From: a candidate division WOR-3 bacterium
Lineage (GTDB): Bacteria > Hydrothermota > 32-111
NCBI GenBank assembly: GCA_037481815.1
Contig: JBBFKX010000002.1
Coordinates: 96,001-160,000, forward strand
Direction of reading: 5' to 3'
DNA length: 64,000 bases
Shown: positions 39,169 through 49,005 of the stretch, piece by piece
Layout of the letters: every line of letters begins with the position of its first letter
How positions within the stretch are numbered: the first letter of the stretch is position 1
Position numbers and translations under genes: made by a program
Notes under the pieces: generated by a model
The model's database searches: none
What the model was told of the DNA's origin: nothing
What the model saw: only the letters and a program-made list of their open reading frames with translations

Positions 39169-39896
39169 TTTTTGAAAATGTCAACTACCTCAGAGAATTC
39201 AAAAATTTTATCTGGATCTTTTTCTATCGAGTTTCCGGTTACGATAAAATCTGCTCCATTTTCAAGAATTTCAAGAGCCGTTTTACGATCCTTTATACCC
39301 CCCCCAACAAAAAGAGGTTTTGATAAAATCTTTTTCGCATTTTTAATAAACTTTAACGGAACAGTTTTTTCGGATCCACTTCCCGCTTCAAGGTAAACTA
39401 TTTTGAAATTTGATATCTCGGATAGATAAATATAGTTCAAAAAAGTTTTCATATCTTTTATAAAATTTATAGGTACCCTTTTTGCAACACTTGTTTTCCG
39501 ATCAGCCATACAGAGTATATATGATGTTGGAATGATGTTTAAAGATGATTTATAGAGGTTTTCAGCACCGTTGATATGTTCTCCAATTATATAATCAAGT
39601 TTTTTCGTGTTCAAAAGAAAGAGCAATAAAAGAAAATCTGCATTTTTTGATATCTGATAGTGAGAACCAGGGAAAATGAAAATTGGTTTTTTTGTTTTTT
39701 CTTTTATCGAAAGTATGAATCTATCAAAACCTTTGATCTTCTTATCACTCCCACCGATCAATATTCCATCAACTTTTGCACTGTTTATATTTTTTATGAT
39801 CTTTTCAAAATCTATTTTTTTAGCCGGATCTATTAGAACAAAATATCCTTTTTTGTTTTCCCTGAAAATCTTTTCTATAGGGGAAATCACTTCCAC
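39165..39896 (-). CDS. Geranylgeranylglyceryl/heptaprenylglyceryl phosphate synthase (GGGPS/PcrB family)
   Basis: LIDP.K, IGGS, FPGS..QIS..AD, PT.YIL, YLEAGSG, VGGGI, VTGN. Confidence 0.9.
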   Translation of the reverse strand: MEVISPIEKIFRENKKGYFVLIDPAKKIDFEKIIKNINSAKVDGILIGGSDKKIKGFDRFILSIKEKTKKPIFIFPGSHYQISKNADFLLLLFLLNTKKLDYIIGEHINGAENLYKSSLNIIPTSYILCMADRKTSVAKRVPINFIKDMKTFLNYIYLSEISNFKIVYLEAGSGSEKTVPLKFIKNAKKILSKPLFVGGGIKDRKTALEILENGADFIVTGNSIEKDPDKIFEFSEVVDIFKK

Positions 39897-41101
39897 AGTA
39901 ACCTCATAATTATTTTCAAAATATATTTATCTTTCATCAAACTGCCCATAAAGTTGATAACCATACCTATCGCTTTAACAGAGGATTTGAAAGAATAAAT
40001 TGTATAATAAAAATCTGACGAAAGGATCTTTTTCCCATTGAAAAGATTTATAGCTGATGTGAAGAACTTATCCCTCTCTTCATCCGACATTTCAAGCAGC
40101 ATCTCTCTTAACTGATTTTGCTTTTTAATAGAGTAACTATTGTCCTTTTCAACGAGTTCCTGATACTGGGACATCCTTTTTGCTGAAAAATCTTTCCCCT
40201 TTAAAACAGAGTTTGCAACTATCGCTGCAAAGTTCGCTGTTCTTAAAGCATTATCTATACCACCCCCCGTTATCGGGTCAGCTGCTCTTGCACTATCACC
40301 TATAACCATAACCCTATCAGAATACATTTTTGCAAGTTGATTTACACTCACACATCCCGGAAATTCTCTTAAAATTTTTGCATCGGGATAATTTTTTTGC
40401 CTGTAATCATTCAAAAGTTTGTAAGGTTTATCACAATCTATCGAAGATGTTATTCCTACTCCAAAATTCGCTTCATTTTTTCCTCTTGGGAAAACCCAGA
40501 GATAACCACCAGGTGCGATAGATGGTGTGAAATCGAAAATTATCTCTTCATCCTTTATCCTGGGATCATATATTATCTGCTGATAGCACGAATAAATATC
40601 GTTAAGATTACAAACAGAGTTTATTCCAACTTTGTATGGTAGATATGACTCTACTCCATCAGCGATTATAAGTATTTTTCCAAAATATTCTTCACCATTT
40701 TCAAGTAATACTTTCACATAATCTTTTTCTATCTTAGCATCAACGACAAAACTATTTGTTTTTATTTCAAAATTGTTCTCTTCTATAACTTTTTGGGCGA
40801 TAAACTTTTCAAACTTAGATCTGTCGATTATAAGCCCCATATCTGGAATATCAACATTCGCTTCAAGTTCTTTATACTTTACTTTCAGTTTCGTGAACCT
40901 GTTTCTTATAAAAGGAAAATCTGTTTCTTTAAAAAACTGTTTTAAAGTGTTGTTCGAAATTCCTTCAGCACAGATTATAGGTTCTCCAATAACATCATCC
41001 TTTTCAAACACTATAACCTTATAATTCTTCTCTATTTTATAAGCAGCATAAAGACCCGCAGGTCCACCACCAACAATGATCACATCATAATTTTTATCCA
41101 T
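39887..41101 (-). CDS. Geranylgeranyl reductase family FAD oxidoreductase (DGGGPL reductase-like)
   Basis: GGGPAG, CAEGIS, IDR..F, ADG..S, PGGYLWVFP, GD.A...DP.TGGGI. Confidence 0.9.
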   Translation of the reverse strand: MDKNYDVIIVGGGPAGLYAAYKIEKNYKVIVFEKDDVIGEPIICAEGISNNTLKQFFKETDFPFIRNRFTKLKVKYKELEANVDIPDMGLIIDRSKFEKFIAQKVIEENNFEIKTNSFVVDAKIEKDYVKVLLENGEEYFGKILIIADGVESYLPYKVGINSVCNLNDIYSCYQQIIYDPRIKDEEIIFDFTPSIAPGGYLWVFPRGKNEANFGVGITSSIDCDKPYKLLNDYRQKNYPDAKILREFPGCVSVNQLAKMYSDRVMVIGDSARAADPITGGGIDNALRTANFAAIVANSVLKGKDFSAKRMSQYQELVEKDNSYSIKKQNQLREMLLEMSDEERDKFFTSAINLFNGKKILSSDFYYTIYSFKSSVKAIGMVINFMGSLMKDKYILKIIMRLLWK

Positions 41102-41270
41102 TTTTACTCAACGCTCCTACTGGACAGACTTTTATACATTTATCACACTTAACACAACCTTCATTTATCTGTAACCTATCCTTATACATCACAATAACCT
41201 TAACTGGACAGACAGCAACACAACCACCACAAAGTCCACATTTCTCTTTTTCGACTTTTATATATTCCAT
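41094..41270 (-). CDS. 2x[4Fe-4S] ferredoxin, 58 aa (not in ORF track)
   Basis: MEYIKVEKEKCGLCGGCVAVCPVKVIVMYKDRLQINEGCVKCDKCIKVCPVGALSKNG; two CxxCxxCxxxCP motifs. Confidence 0.93.
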   Translation of the reverse strand: MEYIKVEKEKCGLCGGCVAVCPVKVIVMYKDRLQINEGCVKCDKCIKVCPVGALSKNG

Positions 41271-41272
41271 AT

Positions 41273-43831
41273 CTACTCCAAAATTATCTTTTTCAAATTT
41301 TCTAACATCTTTTCATCAAACTCTTTAAAAACAGAACTCCCCGATGCAAGATCTTTTCTTCCACCACCTTTACCTTTTAAGATCTGATTGATTCTCTCAA
41401 TGATCTTTTTTGAATCTATATCTGTGTTTGAACTAAAAACAATATAGTTTATCTTTTCCTGATCCTTACTTAAAATTGTTCCAAACACCTTTTTTTCTTT
41501 ACTTTTAATATTATCCATAATTTTTTTCAGGATGTCAATAGTATAACCTTCTAACAATCCAAAAACAAAAAGGTTATCACCGTTTTTTTTACCCTCAGAT
41601 ATCAATCGATCAGTTATTATGTTAATCTCATAATTCAAATAATTTTCATTCTCTTTTTTCAATCTGTTATTTTCTTCAACGATTTTTTCAAATCTTTTTT
41701 CGAGTTCATCAAAATCTTTGATTTTATGTTTCAAAATAAACATTTCTATTCTGTCGACCAACTCCTGATAACTCTTTAAAGCGTATAGAGAAGTAAGTGC
41801 TTCTATCCTTCTGATACCTGTTGCGACAGATTCCTCTTTAACTATTCTAAAAAGCCCGATCTCTCCAGTTCTTTCAACATGTGTTCCACCACACAATTCT
41901 TTTGAAACATTTTTTATGGAAACAACTCTAACTTCTCTGTCATACTTTTCGTTGAAAAAGGCCAGAGCACCTTCTTTTATCGCTTCTTCGTATGGTAGAA
42001 TCCTCTTTTCAACAGGGATGTTCTGGGATATTATTTCGTTGACACTATTTTCTATCAACTCTTTCTCTTCATCAGTCAATGGTTTAAAATGTAAAAAATC
42101 AAACCTGAATCTATCAAAAGATACAAAAGAACCTTCCTGTTTTACATGTTCACCAAGAACCTTCCTTAAAACAGAATGTAAAATGTGTGTCGCTGTATGG
42201 TTTCTCTGTATGAGATACCTTCTTTTCATGTCAACCTTTTGTCTATAGGTTTTCCCTTTTTCAAATTCACCTGCAATCTTTTTTCCTATAAGCATATTTC
42301 CAAGAGGTGATCTGACACAGTTTAAAACCTCAAACTCAAATTGATCAGAAAAAACTGTCCCCGTATCTGCGATCTGTCCACCGGACTCAGCATAAAATGG
42401 TGTTTCCTTCATCAAAAGTTCATACAAAGAATCTCCCAGATCTCTATACCTTAAAATGTATGATTCATTTTCAAGTGTTTCATATCCAACGAACTTTGAA
42501 ACATCATCTTCAAAAACGACAAAATCTTTTTTGTCTGAATCTGTAAACACCTTATCCTTCCTCGATCTTTCTCTTGCCTCATCAAGTAGTTTTTCAAATC
42601 CATTCTGATCGATTTCAAGGTTATCCTCTTCAGCCATCTGTTTTATAAGATCTACAGGAAATCCAAATGTGTCGTATAGTAAAAATAACGTTTTCCCATC
42701 AACAGTGCTACCTTTCAGATTTTTCTTATAATCGTTGTAAAGTTGCATACCCTGACCTATAGTTCTTAAAAACCTCTCCTCTTCCGACTTTATTATATTT
42801 TTAACTTTATCAACTGTTTGCAAAAGATAAGGATATTGAGTTTTCATTATTTTAACAACCTCAGATGTAAGATCGTAAAGAAAAGGTTTCTCTATCCCCA
42901 TTTTGAATCCAAACCTAACAGCTCTTCTTAGAACTCTTCTTATAACATATCCTCTTCCCTCATTTTCAGGTATGACACCGTCTGATATCGAGAATGTCAG
43001 GGCTCTTATATGATCTGCTATCGAATTTATCTCTTTTTTATACTTTTCATAATCAAGATTGTATTTTTCAAAAAGCGTATTTATGATTGGCATGAAGAGA
43101 TCTGTTTCGAAGATCGACTTTTTATCCTGCATTACGGCTGCAAGTCGTTCAAGTCCCATTCCAGTATCAACTCCTTTATTTTTAAGCAAAGTTCTGTTTC
43201 CCGAACTATCCTGGTTGAATTGCGGGAAAACTATGTTCCAGATTTCAACATACCTTTTACAATCGTTTTCTATTGAACAGGGATGTTTGTTTTCAAGTTC
43301 TTTTCCAAAATCATAAAATATTTCGGTTGAAGGCCCGCATGCACCAGTGCCTCCAGCTGGTCCCCAGAAGTTGGTCCTGTCATCCATCTTGATTATCCTT
43401 TCAACTGGGATTTTTATAATATCCTTCCATATCCTGTACGCCTCACTGTCATCCTTATGAACCGTTACATACAGTTTATCTTTGTCTATCTTCAACTCAT
43501 CAGTTAAAAATTCCCATCCCCATTTTATCGCTTCAAGTTGGAAGTAATCGTTAAAGGAAAAATTCCCAAGCATTTCAAAAAAAGTATCATGAAAAGGTGA
43601 AATCCCAACCTCTTCAAGATCAACCACCCTTAAACACTTTTGAATCGATGTGGCTCTTTTAAAATCAAAATCAACAAGACCTGCAAACATCGGTTTAAAT
43701 TGCACCATTCCCGCAACAGTGAAAAGAAGTGTGGGATCGTTTTCAGGTATCAAAGATGACGACTCAAACACTCTATGTTCTCTATCCTTAAAAAATTTGA
43801 TAAATTTTTCCCTTAAAATCTGACTCTCCAC
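41273..43831 (-). CDS. alaS: Alanine--tRNA ligase
   Basis: DPTLLF..AGM.QFK, FFEMLGNFS, DTGMGLER, NHTATH, ELCGGTH. Confidence 0.98.
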   Translation of the reverse strand: MESQILREKFIKFFKDREHRVFESSSLIPENDPTLLFTVAGMVQFKPMFAGLVDFDFKRATSIQKCLRVVDLEEVGISPFHDTFFEMLGNFSFNDYFQLEAIKWGWEFLTDELKIDKDKLYVTVHKDDSEAYRIWKDIIKIPVERIIKMDDRTNFWGPAGGTGACGPSTEIFYDFGKELENKHPCSIENDCKRYVEIWNIVFPQFNQDSSGNRTLLKNKGVDTGMGLERLAAVMQDKKSIFETDLFMPIINTLFEKYNLDYEKYKKEINSIADHIRALTFSISDGVIPENEGRGYVIRRVLRRAVRFGFKMGIEKPFLYDLTSEVVKIMKTQYPYLLQTVDKVKNIIKSEEERFLRTIGQGMQLYNDYKKNLKGSTVDGKTLFLLYDTFGFPVDLIKQMAEEDNLEIDQNGFEKLLDEARERSRKDKVFTDSDKKDFVVFEDDVSKFVGYETLENESYILRYRDLGDSLYELLMKETPFYAESGGQIADTGTVFSDQFEFEVLNCVRSPLGNMLIGKKIAGEFEKGKTYRQKVDMKRRYLIQRNHTATHILHSVLRKVLGEHVKQEGSFVSFDRFRFDFLHFKPLTDEEKELIENSVNEIISQNIPVEKRILPYEEAIKEGALAFFNEKYDREVRVVSIKNVSKELCGGTHVERTGEIGLFRIVKEESVATGIRRIEALTSLYALKSYQELVDRIEMFILKHKIKDFDELEKRFEKIVEENNRLKKENENYLNYEINIITDRLISEGKKNGDNLFVFGLLEGYTIDILKKIMDNIKSKEKKVFGTILSKDQEKINYIVFSSNTDIDSKKIIERINQILKGKGGGRKDLASGSSVFKEFDEKMLENLKKIILE

Positions 43832-43834
43832 ATT

Positions 43835-44560
43835 TCACCTCTTTTTGATTAGATTTTTTAAAAGCACTAAATAATATTGTAATTTTATATAAATATGTAA
43901 AATCATCAAGAATATAAAAATAATCCCTGTAAAATTATGTGTATATACAAGTTTTGAAATATTTTTAAGATATAAAACTCCATACTCTCTCAAAACAAGC
44001 ATCGATGATGTGAAAAGTACCGGAACAAAGGTGAATATGAGCAGAATGTTAACGATTCTGTTGATATCACAGATATCAACAGGAATTTTTTTTCTTTTAG
44101 AAAAATAGATAAGCACAACTCCAAAAAGAAAAAGGGGAAAAAGAACAAATATAAAATATTTATCACCATCACCAAAAGATCCATCCAAATTATCTTTTTT
44201 TTCATGTGTGGAAGTCGTTGGCAAATTTATATCAGTTTTTTCAACTGGATCAAAATTTTTATCTTCTGGTTGATTCTGTTCAGTTTCATAACCAGTCAAA
44301 TTTTCCTGAACTTTTGCTTCATCCGTTTTTTCCTCTAAAACGGTTTCACTTTTGTTATCAGTGCTGACATTCAAATCCGTATCCTGAACGCTATCAGCAA
44401 GATCCTGTGAAAGATCACATATAGAATCATTATTCTCATCTGTATACCTTCCACATCTACCTGGATACGGGTCATTTTTTTCATCAAATGGACAATACTG
44501 TTCAGAAAAAATGTAAACAAAAACGGATATCAGTAAAAATATCAACAATATTTTTTTCAT
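43835..44560 (-). CDS. Hypothetical membrane protein with N-terminal Cys motif and C-terminal DUF4405-like His-containing TM region
   Basis: Signal peptide; CPF..DPYPGRCGRY.D.N.D.ICD; three TM helices with two His. Confidence 0.6.
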   Translation of the reverse strand: MKKILLIFLLISVFVYIFSEQYCPFDEKNDPYPGRCGRYTDENNDSICDLSQDLADSVQDTDLNVSTDNKSETVLEEKTDEAKVQENLTGYETEQNQPEDKNFDPVEKTDINLPTTSTHEKKDNLDGSFGDGDKYFIFVLFPLFLFGVVLIYFSKRKKIPVDICDINRIVNILLIFTFVPVLFTSSMLVLREYGVLYLKNISKLVYTHNFTGIIFIFLMILHIYIKLQYYLVLLKNLIKKR

Positions 44561-44593
44561 AGGTTTATAAAATATCACAAGAAGGAAAAATTG

Positions 44594-45313
44594 TCAACGT
44601 TTATAGATTTTTCTATAACTTTTTAAAAATTTTTTTCTTTCCTCTTCCTGAAATCTTTCGGTAGCATAACTTATAGTTATCGATGAAAGATCTTCATAAT
44701 TTTCGTTTAAAAATTCTTTCAGGATATGTTCCCCACAATTTTTTCCAACCTCTCTTAACATCCATCCTGTTGCCTTTTTCAAAAGTTCATTCTGATCCTT
44801 GATCAACTTTTTTAAAATCTTTAAAGGAAAATCACATTTTTTTCTTTTTATAAAATAATATAATGAAACAACTGAGATTCTCTTTTCCCATAAATTTTCA
44901 GAATCTGAAAGATCCTCTATCTTCCCATATTCATCCTTTTCAAAGGAGTATCTACCAAGAATTCTATAAGAGGATGTATCAACAAGATCCCAGTTGTTAA
45001 CATATTTTAAGTTTTTCAGGTAAAAATCTAAAATTTTTTCTTCTTTCTCTAAACGATTATCATATTTTAAAACTAATATATTCAATGCAAGAAACCTTAC
45101 CTCGTGGTATCTTGAAGATATCAGTTTCTGTAAAACATTCCAACCAACATCTTTATATTTTTTTGCAAAAATTTTTAAAGTTGGTGTATCTATACCCAAA
45201 AATTCATCTCCTTCTCCATACTCTCCTTTTTTCGTTTTAAAAAACCTTTTATATACCATCTTTTTTTCTTCATCCTTCAATTCAAACAACTCTTTTAAAA
45301 TTTTTGAATACAT
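44594..45313 (-). CDS. DNA alkylation repair protein (AlkD-like)
   Basis: FFKT..GEYGEGD.FLG, VNNWDLVD, KATGWMLREVGK. Confidence 0.88.
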   Translation of the reverse strand: MYSKILKELFELKDEEKKMVYKRFFKTKKGEYGEGDEFLGIDTPTLKIFAKKYKDVGWNVLQKLISSRYHEVRFLALNILVLKYDNRLEKEEKILDFYLKNLKYVNNWDLVDTSSYRILGRYSFEKDEYGKIEDLSDSENLWEKRISVVSLYYFIKRKKCDFPLKILKKLIKDQNELLKKATGWMLREVGKNCGEHILKEFLNENYEDLSSITISYATERFQEEERKKFLKSYRKIYKR

Positions 45314-45314
45314 C

Positions 45315-46295
45315 CTAATATCCTTTTTCAAGATCAACTATATTTTTTAGTTTTTTGCCTTCAAGGAGATTTTTAATATTTTCCACTGTAAAAACTATAT
45401 CACCTTTTTCTGCATCTTCTGTGTGTGCACCTTTATGGGGTGATATTACAACATTTTCGAGTTCATATATCGGATAGTTCGAAGGTAGTTTATTGTTCTC
45501 TTCTCCATCCTTTGGATAGTTGTACCACACATCAAGTGCAGCACCTTTTAGAATCTTATTCTTTAAACTTTCATATAAAACCTTTTCATCAACTATTCTC
45601 CCTCTTGAAACATTCACAAGATATTTTCCCTCAAGTAAAGAAATATTTTTTTCGTTTATAAGATTTTCGCTCTCCTTCGTTAAAGGTAAAGTCAGGAAAA
45701 CTATTTGACCAAATCTTAAACCATCAGATAAATTATCTGTTAGAAAATCAAAATTTTCAGGATTTTCATTCTTTTCAAGTTTTCTTTTGATTCCCATTAC
45801 CTTGCAGTTAAAAATTTTTAGAAGACGAGCGAGTTCCTTTCCAATACTTCCTGTTCCAACTATGGTACATTTTTTTTCACGTATCGTATCCCAGTATTCT
45901 CTATAAAGTCCCTCTCTATGCCATATTCCTTTTTTTAGATCGTTATGAAAAAGAACGATCTTCCCAAGAAGTGCAAGAGTCAATGCTAAAGCCCTTTCTG
46001 CAACATATCTTGTATTCTCATGAGAATTACAAACAACAACCTTTTTCTCTTTAAGAATATCAAGTGGGAAATTGTTTAAACCAGCGTAGGGGACAAAAAG
46101 ATATTTTAAATTTTTCGAAAATTCAACCTGGTCTTTTTTCAAACGATAAGTTATAAGAACATCGGTGAATTCGATCTCTTCTTTTCCAAACTCTCTTTTA
46201 ACTTCTTTGAAAAGATGTTGTTTAAAATTATGCCTTAATTCTTCTATCTTTTTTTTCCAGTATTCAGACGAACAACCTGCAAAAGTTATCTCCAT
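45315..46295 (-). CDS. D-isomer specific 2-hydroxyacid dehydrogenase
   Basis: VAE, GTGSIG, LPLT, NVSRG, ALDVW, SPH; likely start ATG 46295. Confidence 0.92.
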   Translation of the reverse strand: MEITFAGCSSEYWKKKIEELRHNFKQHLFKEVKREFGKEEIEFTDVLITYRLKKDQVEFSKNLKYLFVPYAGLNNFPLDILKEKKVVVCNSHENTRYVAERALALTLALLGKIVLFHNDLKKGIWHREGLYREYWDTIREKKCTIVGTGSIGKELARLLKIFNCKVMGIKRKLEKNENPENFDFLTDNLSDGLRFGQIVFLTLPLTKESENLINEKNISLLEGKYLVNVSRGRIVDEKVLYESLKNKILKGAALDVWYNYPKDGEENNKLPSNYPIYELENVVISPHKGAHTEDAEKGDIVFTVENIKNLLEGKKLKNIVDLEKGY

Positions 46296-46451
46296 AAAAA
46301 TTATACTATCCAATTTATTTTTTTAGTCAACATTTGAAAATTTAGAAACTCAAAATGTTATCGAATAAGGCAAAAAGATCGATTAAAAATTTTTGTATCC
46401 AATAAAATGTTTTAGATATATTTTTTGTTCAAACAAATGGTTTTATCTCTA

Positions 46452-46479
46452 TTGACAAAACGATGTTTAAATATATAAT
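46452..46479 (+). promoter_or_regulatory. Consensus sigma70 promoter of rpsT
   Basis: TTGACA (46452-46457), 16 nt, TATAAT (46474-46479); AGGAGG at 46493-46498. Confidence 0.85.
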
Positions 46480-46502
46480 AAAGCAAAAAAATAGGAGGTA
46501 GT

Positions 46503-46754
46503 TTGCCAAAGAGTAAAGCACAGGAAAAATCAGTTAGACAGAATAAGATCAGAAGAGAAAGAAACAGAAAAGAAAAAGAAAAAATCAAAAAGATAATGAA
46601 ACAAGCACTTAAAGCAACAACTGAGGAAGAGAAAGTTAAAATTTTGAAAGAGGGCTATAAAATAATCGATAAAGCTGCTTCGAAAAATGTTATAAAGAAA
46701 AATAATGCTGCAAGAAAAAAATCAAAAATTGCCAAAATCTTAAAGGTTAAATAA
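46503..46754 (+). CDS. rpsT: 30S ribosomal protein S20
   Basis: KA.EK.VRQ...RR.RN; IDKAASK.VI.KN.AAR.KS; TTG start. Confidence 0.95.
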   Translation: MPKSKAQEKSVRQNKIRRERNRKEKEKIKKIMKQALKATTEEEKVKILKEGYKIIDKAASKNVIKKNNAARKKSKIAKILKVK

Positions 46755-46768
46755 TCAATCAATAAAAT

Positions 46769-46797
46769 AAAAAACTCCGCCAAATGCGGAGTTTTTT
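46769..46797. terminator. Bidirectional intrinsic terminator between rpsT and tonB
   Basis: AAAAAACTCCGC-CAAAT-GCGGAGTTTTTT hairpin between convergent genes. Confidence 0.9.
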
Positions 46798-46820
46798 CAT
46801 TTTCCAACTTTTATAAAATT

Positions 46821-47438
46821 TTATTTTGTTAATCTGAAAGTTATAGGGTATGTTACATAACATCTTATAGGTAAATCTCTCGTCATTGCAGGTGACCATT
46901 TCAACTGGTATGCTGCTTTAACAGCTGCTTCATCAAGTAACGGATGAACGCTTTTTAATACTTTTACCTGGGATACTGTTCCATCTTTTTCAACAACGAG
47001 TTCAAGGAATACTGTTCCTTCTATTCCAAGTTGTCTTGCCATCTGTGGATACTCTGGATCAATCCTTTGAATCAACTGCGGTGCCTGTTCATATATTCTG
47101 AAAATTTCACCTTCATACTTTTCAATGTTTAAATCCTCTGTTTCAAAAGATGTTTGAATATCTATATTCTTTGTTACCTCAGATTCCTTTGTTGTCTCAA
47201 CTATCTTTTTCGGTAGTTGTGGTTTTGAGATTTCCTGAGGTTCATTTATTTTCTGTATCTGGTCGGGTAACTTCTCCATCACGACAACATCTTTTTTCTC
47301 CTTCATTTTGTAGGGGTTCGTTTTCAGTTTTGGAATAAAAAGGAAAAGTATTATGAAAAGTATCAGTGTGGTCAAAAGTGATGACTTCACAAATGTGGGA
47401 TACTTTTCTTTCAAATCATTTTTTATAAATTTTTCCAT
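46821..47438 (-). CDS. tonB: Energy transducer TonB
   Basis: N-terminal TM; PEYP..AR..GIEG.V.L...V..DG.V, LDEAAV.A...W.PA. Confidence 0.9.
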   Translation of the reverse strand: MEKFIKNDLKEKYPTFVKSSLLTTLILFIILFLFIPKLKTNPYKMKEKKDVVVMEKLPDQIQKINEPQEISKPQLPKKIVETTKESEVTKNIDIQTSFETEDLNIEKYEGEIFRIYEQAPQLIQRIDPEYPQMARQLGIEGTVFLELVVEKDGTVSQVKVLKSVHPLLDEAAVKAAYQLKWSPAMTRDLPIRCYVTYPITFRLTK

Positions 47439-47447
47439 AATGCTCTC

Positions 47448-47876
47448 CTATTTGATCGCATTGACTTTCTTAGCACTTAAAGAAACATGAAGAGCGTTCG
47501 CTTTTATCAGTTGACCGAAAACATCGTTTGATATCCAATAAGGAGTATTTTTATCAGCCATTATCGAAACTATCAGATTCGGGTTAACTCTCTTTTTCTG
47601 TTCAATTATATTTTTTATCTGTCCTATTGGAACTATTCTGTCATCTATCGATACAACTCCCCTATCTCCATCATATCCAATCCAAACATGGGCAAGATTT
47701 TTTGTTTCAATCTTTTTGGACGATAATGCCTGAGGAAGATCTATCCGTAAGCCCTGTTCCGTTCTAAATACTGTTGTCACCATAAAGAATATGAGAAGGA
47801 GAAAAACTATATCAGAAGTTGTTGATGTTGGAATCGAAGGTGATGTTTCTTCAACTTTTTCAAAATGTTTTTTCAT
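47448..47876 (-). CDS. exbD: Biopolymer transporter ExbD
   Basis: DIVFLLLIFFMVTT, LP, I.ADK. Confidence 0.9.
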   Translation of the reverse strand: MKKHFEKVEETSPSIPTSTTSDIVFLLLIFFMVTTVFRTEQGLRIDLPQALSSKKIETKNLAHVWIGYDGDRGVVSIDDRIVPIGQIKNIIEQKKRVNPNLIVSIMADKNTPYWISNDVFGQLIKANALHVSLSAKKVNAIK

Positions 47877-47885
47877 CTTTCCTCC

Positions 47886-48323
47886 TTACATCTCATCATC
47901 TTCTGCTGGAGATAGAGATATTTTCTCTTTCTTCTGAGTTTTTTCAAATGCTATTTTTAATTGGTCAAAAACTCTTATCATATAATCGTATTTTGCAGAT
48001 CTTGTTGGTATTATGGAAAATATCAAAGAATCTCCATTCGGTTGATTTAAAAGTTCTATCGCCTTATCAGCAACGGATGTCCATTCAACTGGATCATTTT
48101 CTATCCTAACATCTCCAAACCTGTTGATTCTAACATGCACGATATTCTTTGATAAAACCGTGATCGTCTCTTTTGATTCTTCGGGTAATACAATTTGAAG
48201 CCCCATCTCGGTGTTAAAACTTGATGTCACAAGAAAGAATATGAGCATCAAAAAAGTAATATCACCCAAAGATGCTGTTGGAATCTCAGGTTTCTGGAGT
48301 GTCTTTTTTCTTTTAAATAACAT
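47886..48323 (-). CDS. exbD: Biopolymer transporter ExbD (second paralog)
   Basis: IPTASLGDITFLMLIFFLVTS. Confidence 0.88.
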   Translation of the reverse strand: MLFKRKKTLQKPEIPTASLGDITFLMLIFFLVTSSFNTEMGLQIVLPEESKETITVLSKNIVHVRINRFGDVRIENDPVEWTSVADKAIELLNQPNGDSLIFSIIPTRSAKYDYMIRVFDQLKIAFEKTQKKEKISLSPAEDDEM

Positions 48324-48335
48324 ATTATCTCCTGA

Positions 48336-48962
48336 TTATGCTTCCTCTATCTCCAAACTCATCAAAATTTCAACTATTTTGTTTGATGCATCTTCAAGTG
48401 TTCTTGAATAACCGTTAACAACCGTCTGAAAATATGTAAATGCAGCAGAAACAGGTATCGCAATCACAAGACCTGTGAGTGTTGTTATCAAAGCTTCCGA
48501 AATACCACTTGCAACGAGTTTTGGTTCAACCGTTCCCGCAAGTGCTATAGCATCGAATGCGTTTATCATTCCAGAAACTGTTCCCAAGAATCCAAGCATT
48601 GGAGCAAGTGTGATAACTGCTGATAGGAATGGCATTCCTCTATCAAGGAAAGCGAGTTCTGTTACACCTGCCTTTGCTATTGCATCCTCTATTGCACCTT
48701 TGTCTTTTCCAACATATTGAAACTCTGTCAAAGCTGCCTCAATGACTCTTGCAAAAGGACTTGGATTTTTTGCACAATGTTGTATCGCTGCTTCAATTCC
48801 CTCTTTTTCTATTTTATTCTTTAACTCTTCAACAAACTTCTTAGGATTCTTATTCATTATAAGAAGAGTTACGAATCTTTCAATGATAAAAACAAGACCA
48901 ATTATGGCGCATGCAAGTAGTGGCCACATCGTCCATCCACCTCTCTGGAATAAATCTAACAC
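48336..48962 (-). CDS. exbB: MotA/TolQ/ExbB proton channel
   Basis: APMLGFLGTVSGMI.AF, GISEALITT..GL..AIP. Confidence 0.92.
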   Translation of the reverse strand: MLDLFQRGGWTMWPLLACAIIGLVFIIERFVTLLIMNKNPKKFVEELKNKIEKEGIEAAIQHCAKNPSPFARVIEAALTEFQYVGKDKGAIEDAIAKAGVTELAFLDRGMPFLSAVITLAPMLGFLGTVSGMINAFDAIALAGTVEPKLVASGISEALITTLTGLVIAIPVSAAFTYFQTVVNGYSRTLEDASNKIVEILMSLEIEEA

Positions 48963-49005
48963 AACTTCCTCCTGGTTAATTTTGGTTTATCTTTTTAAGT
49001 AGTTT

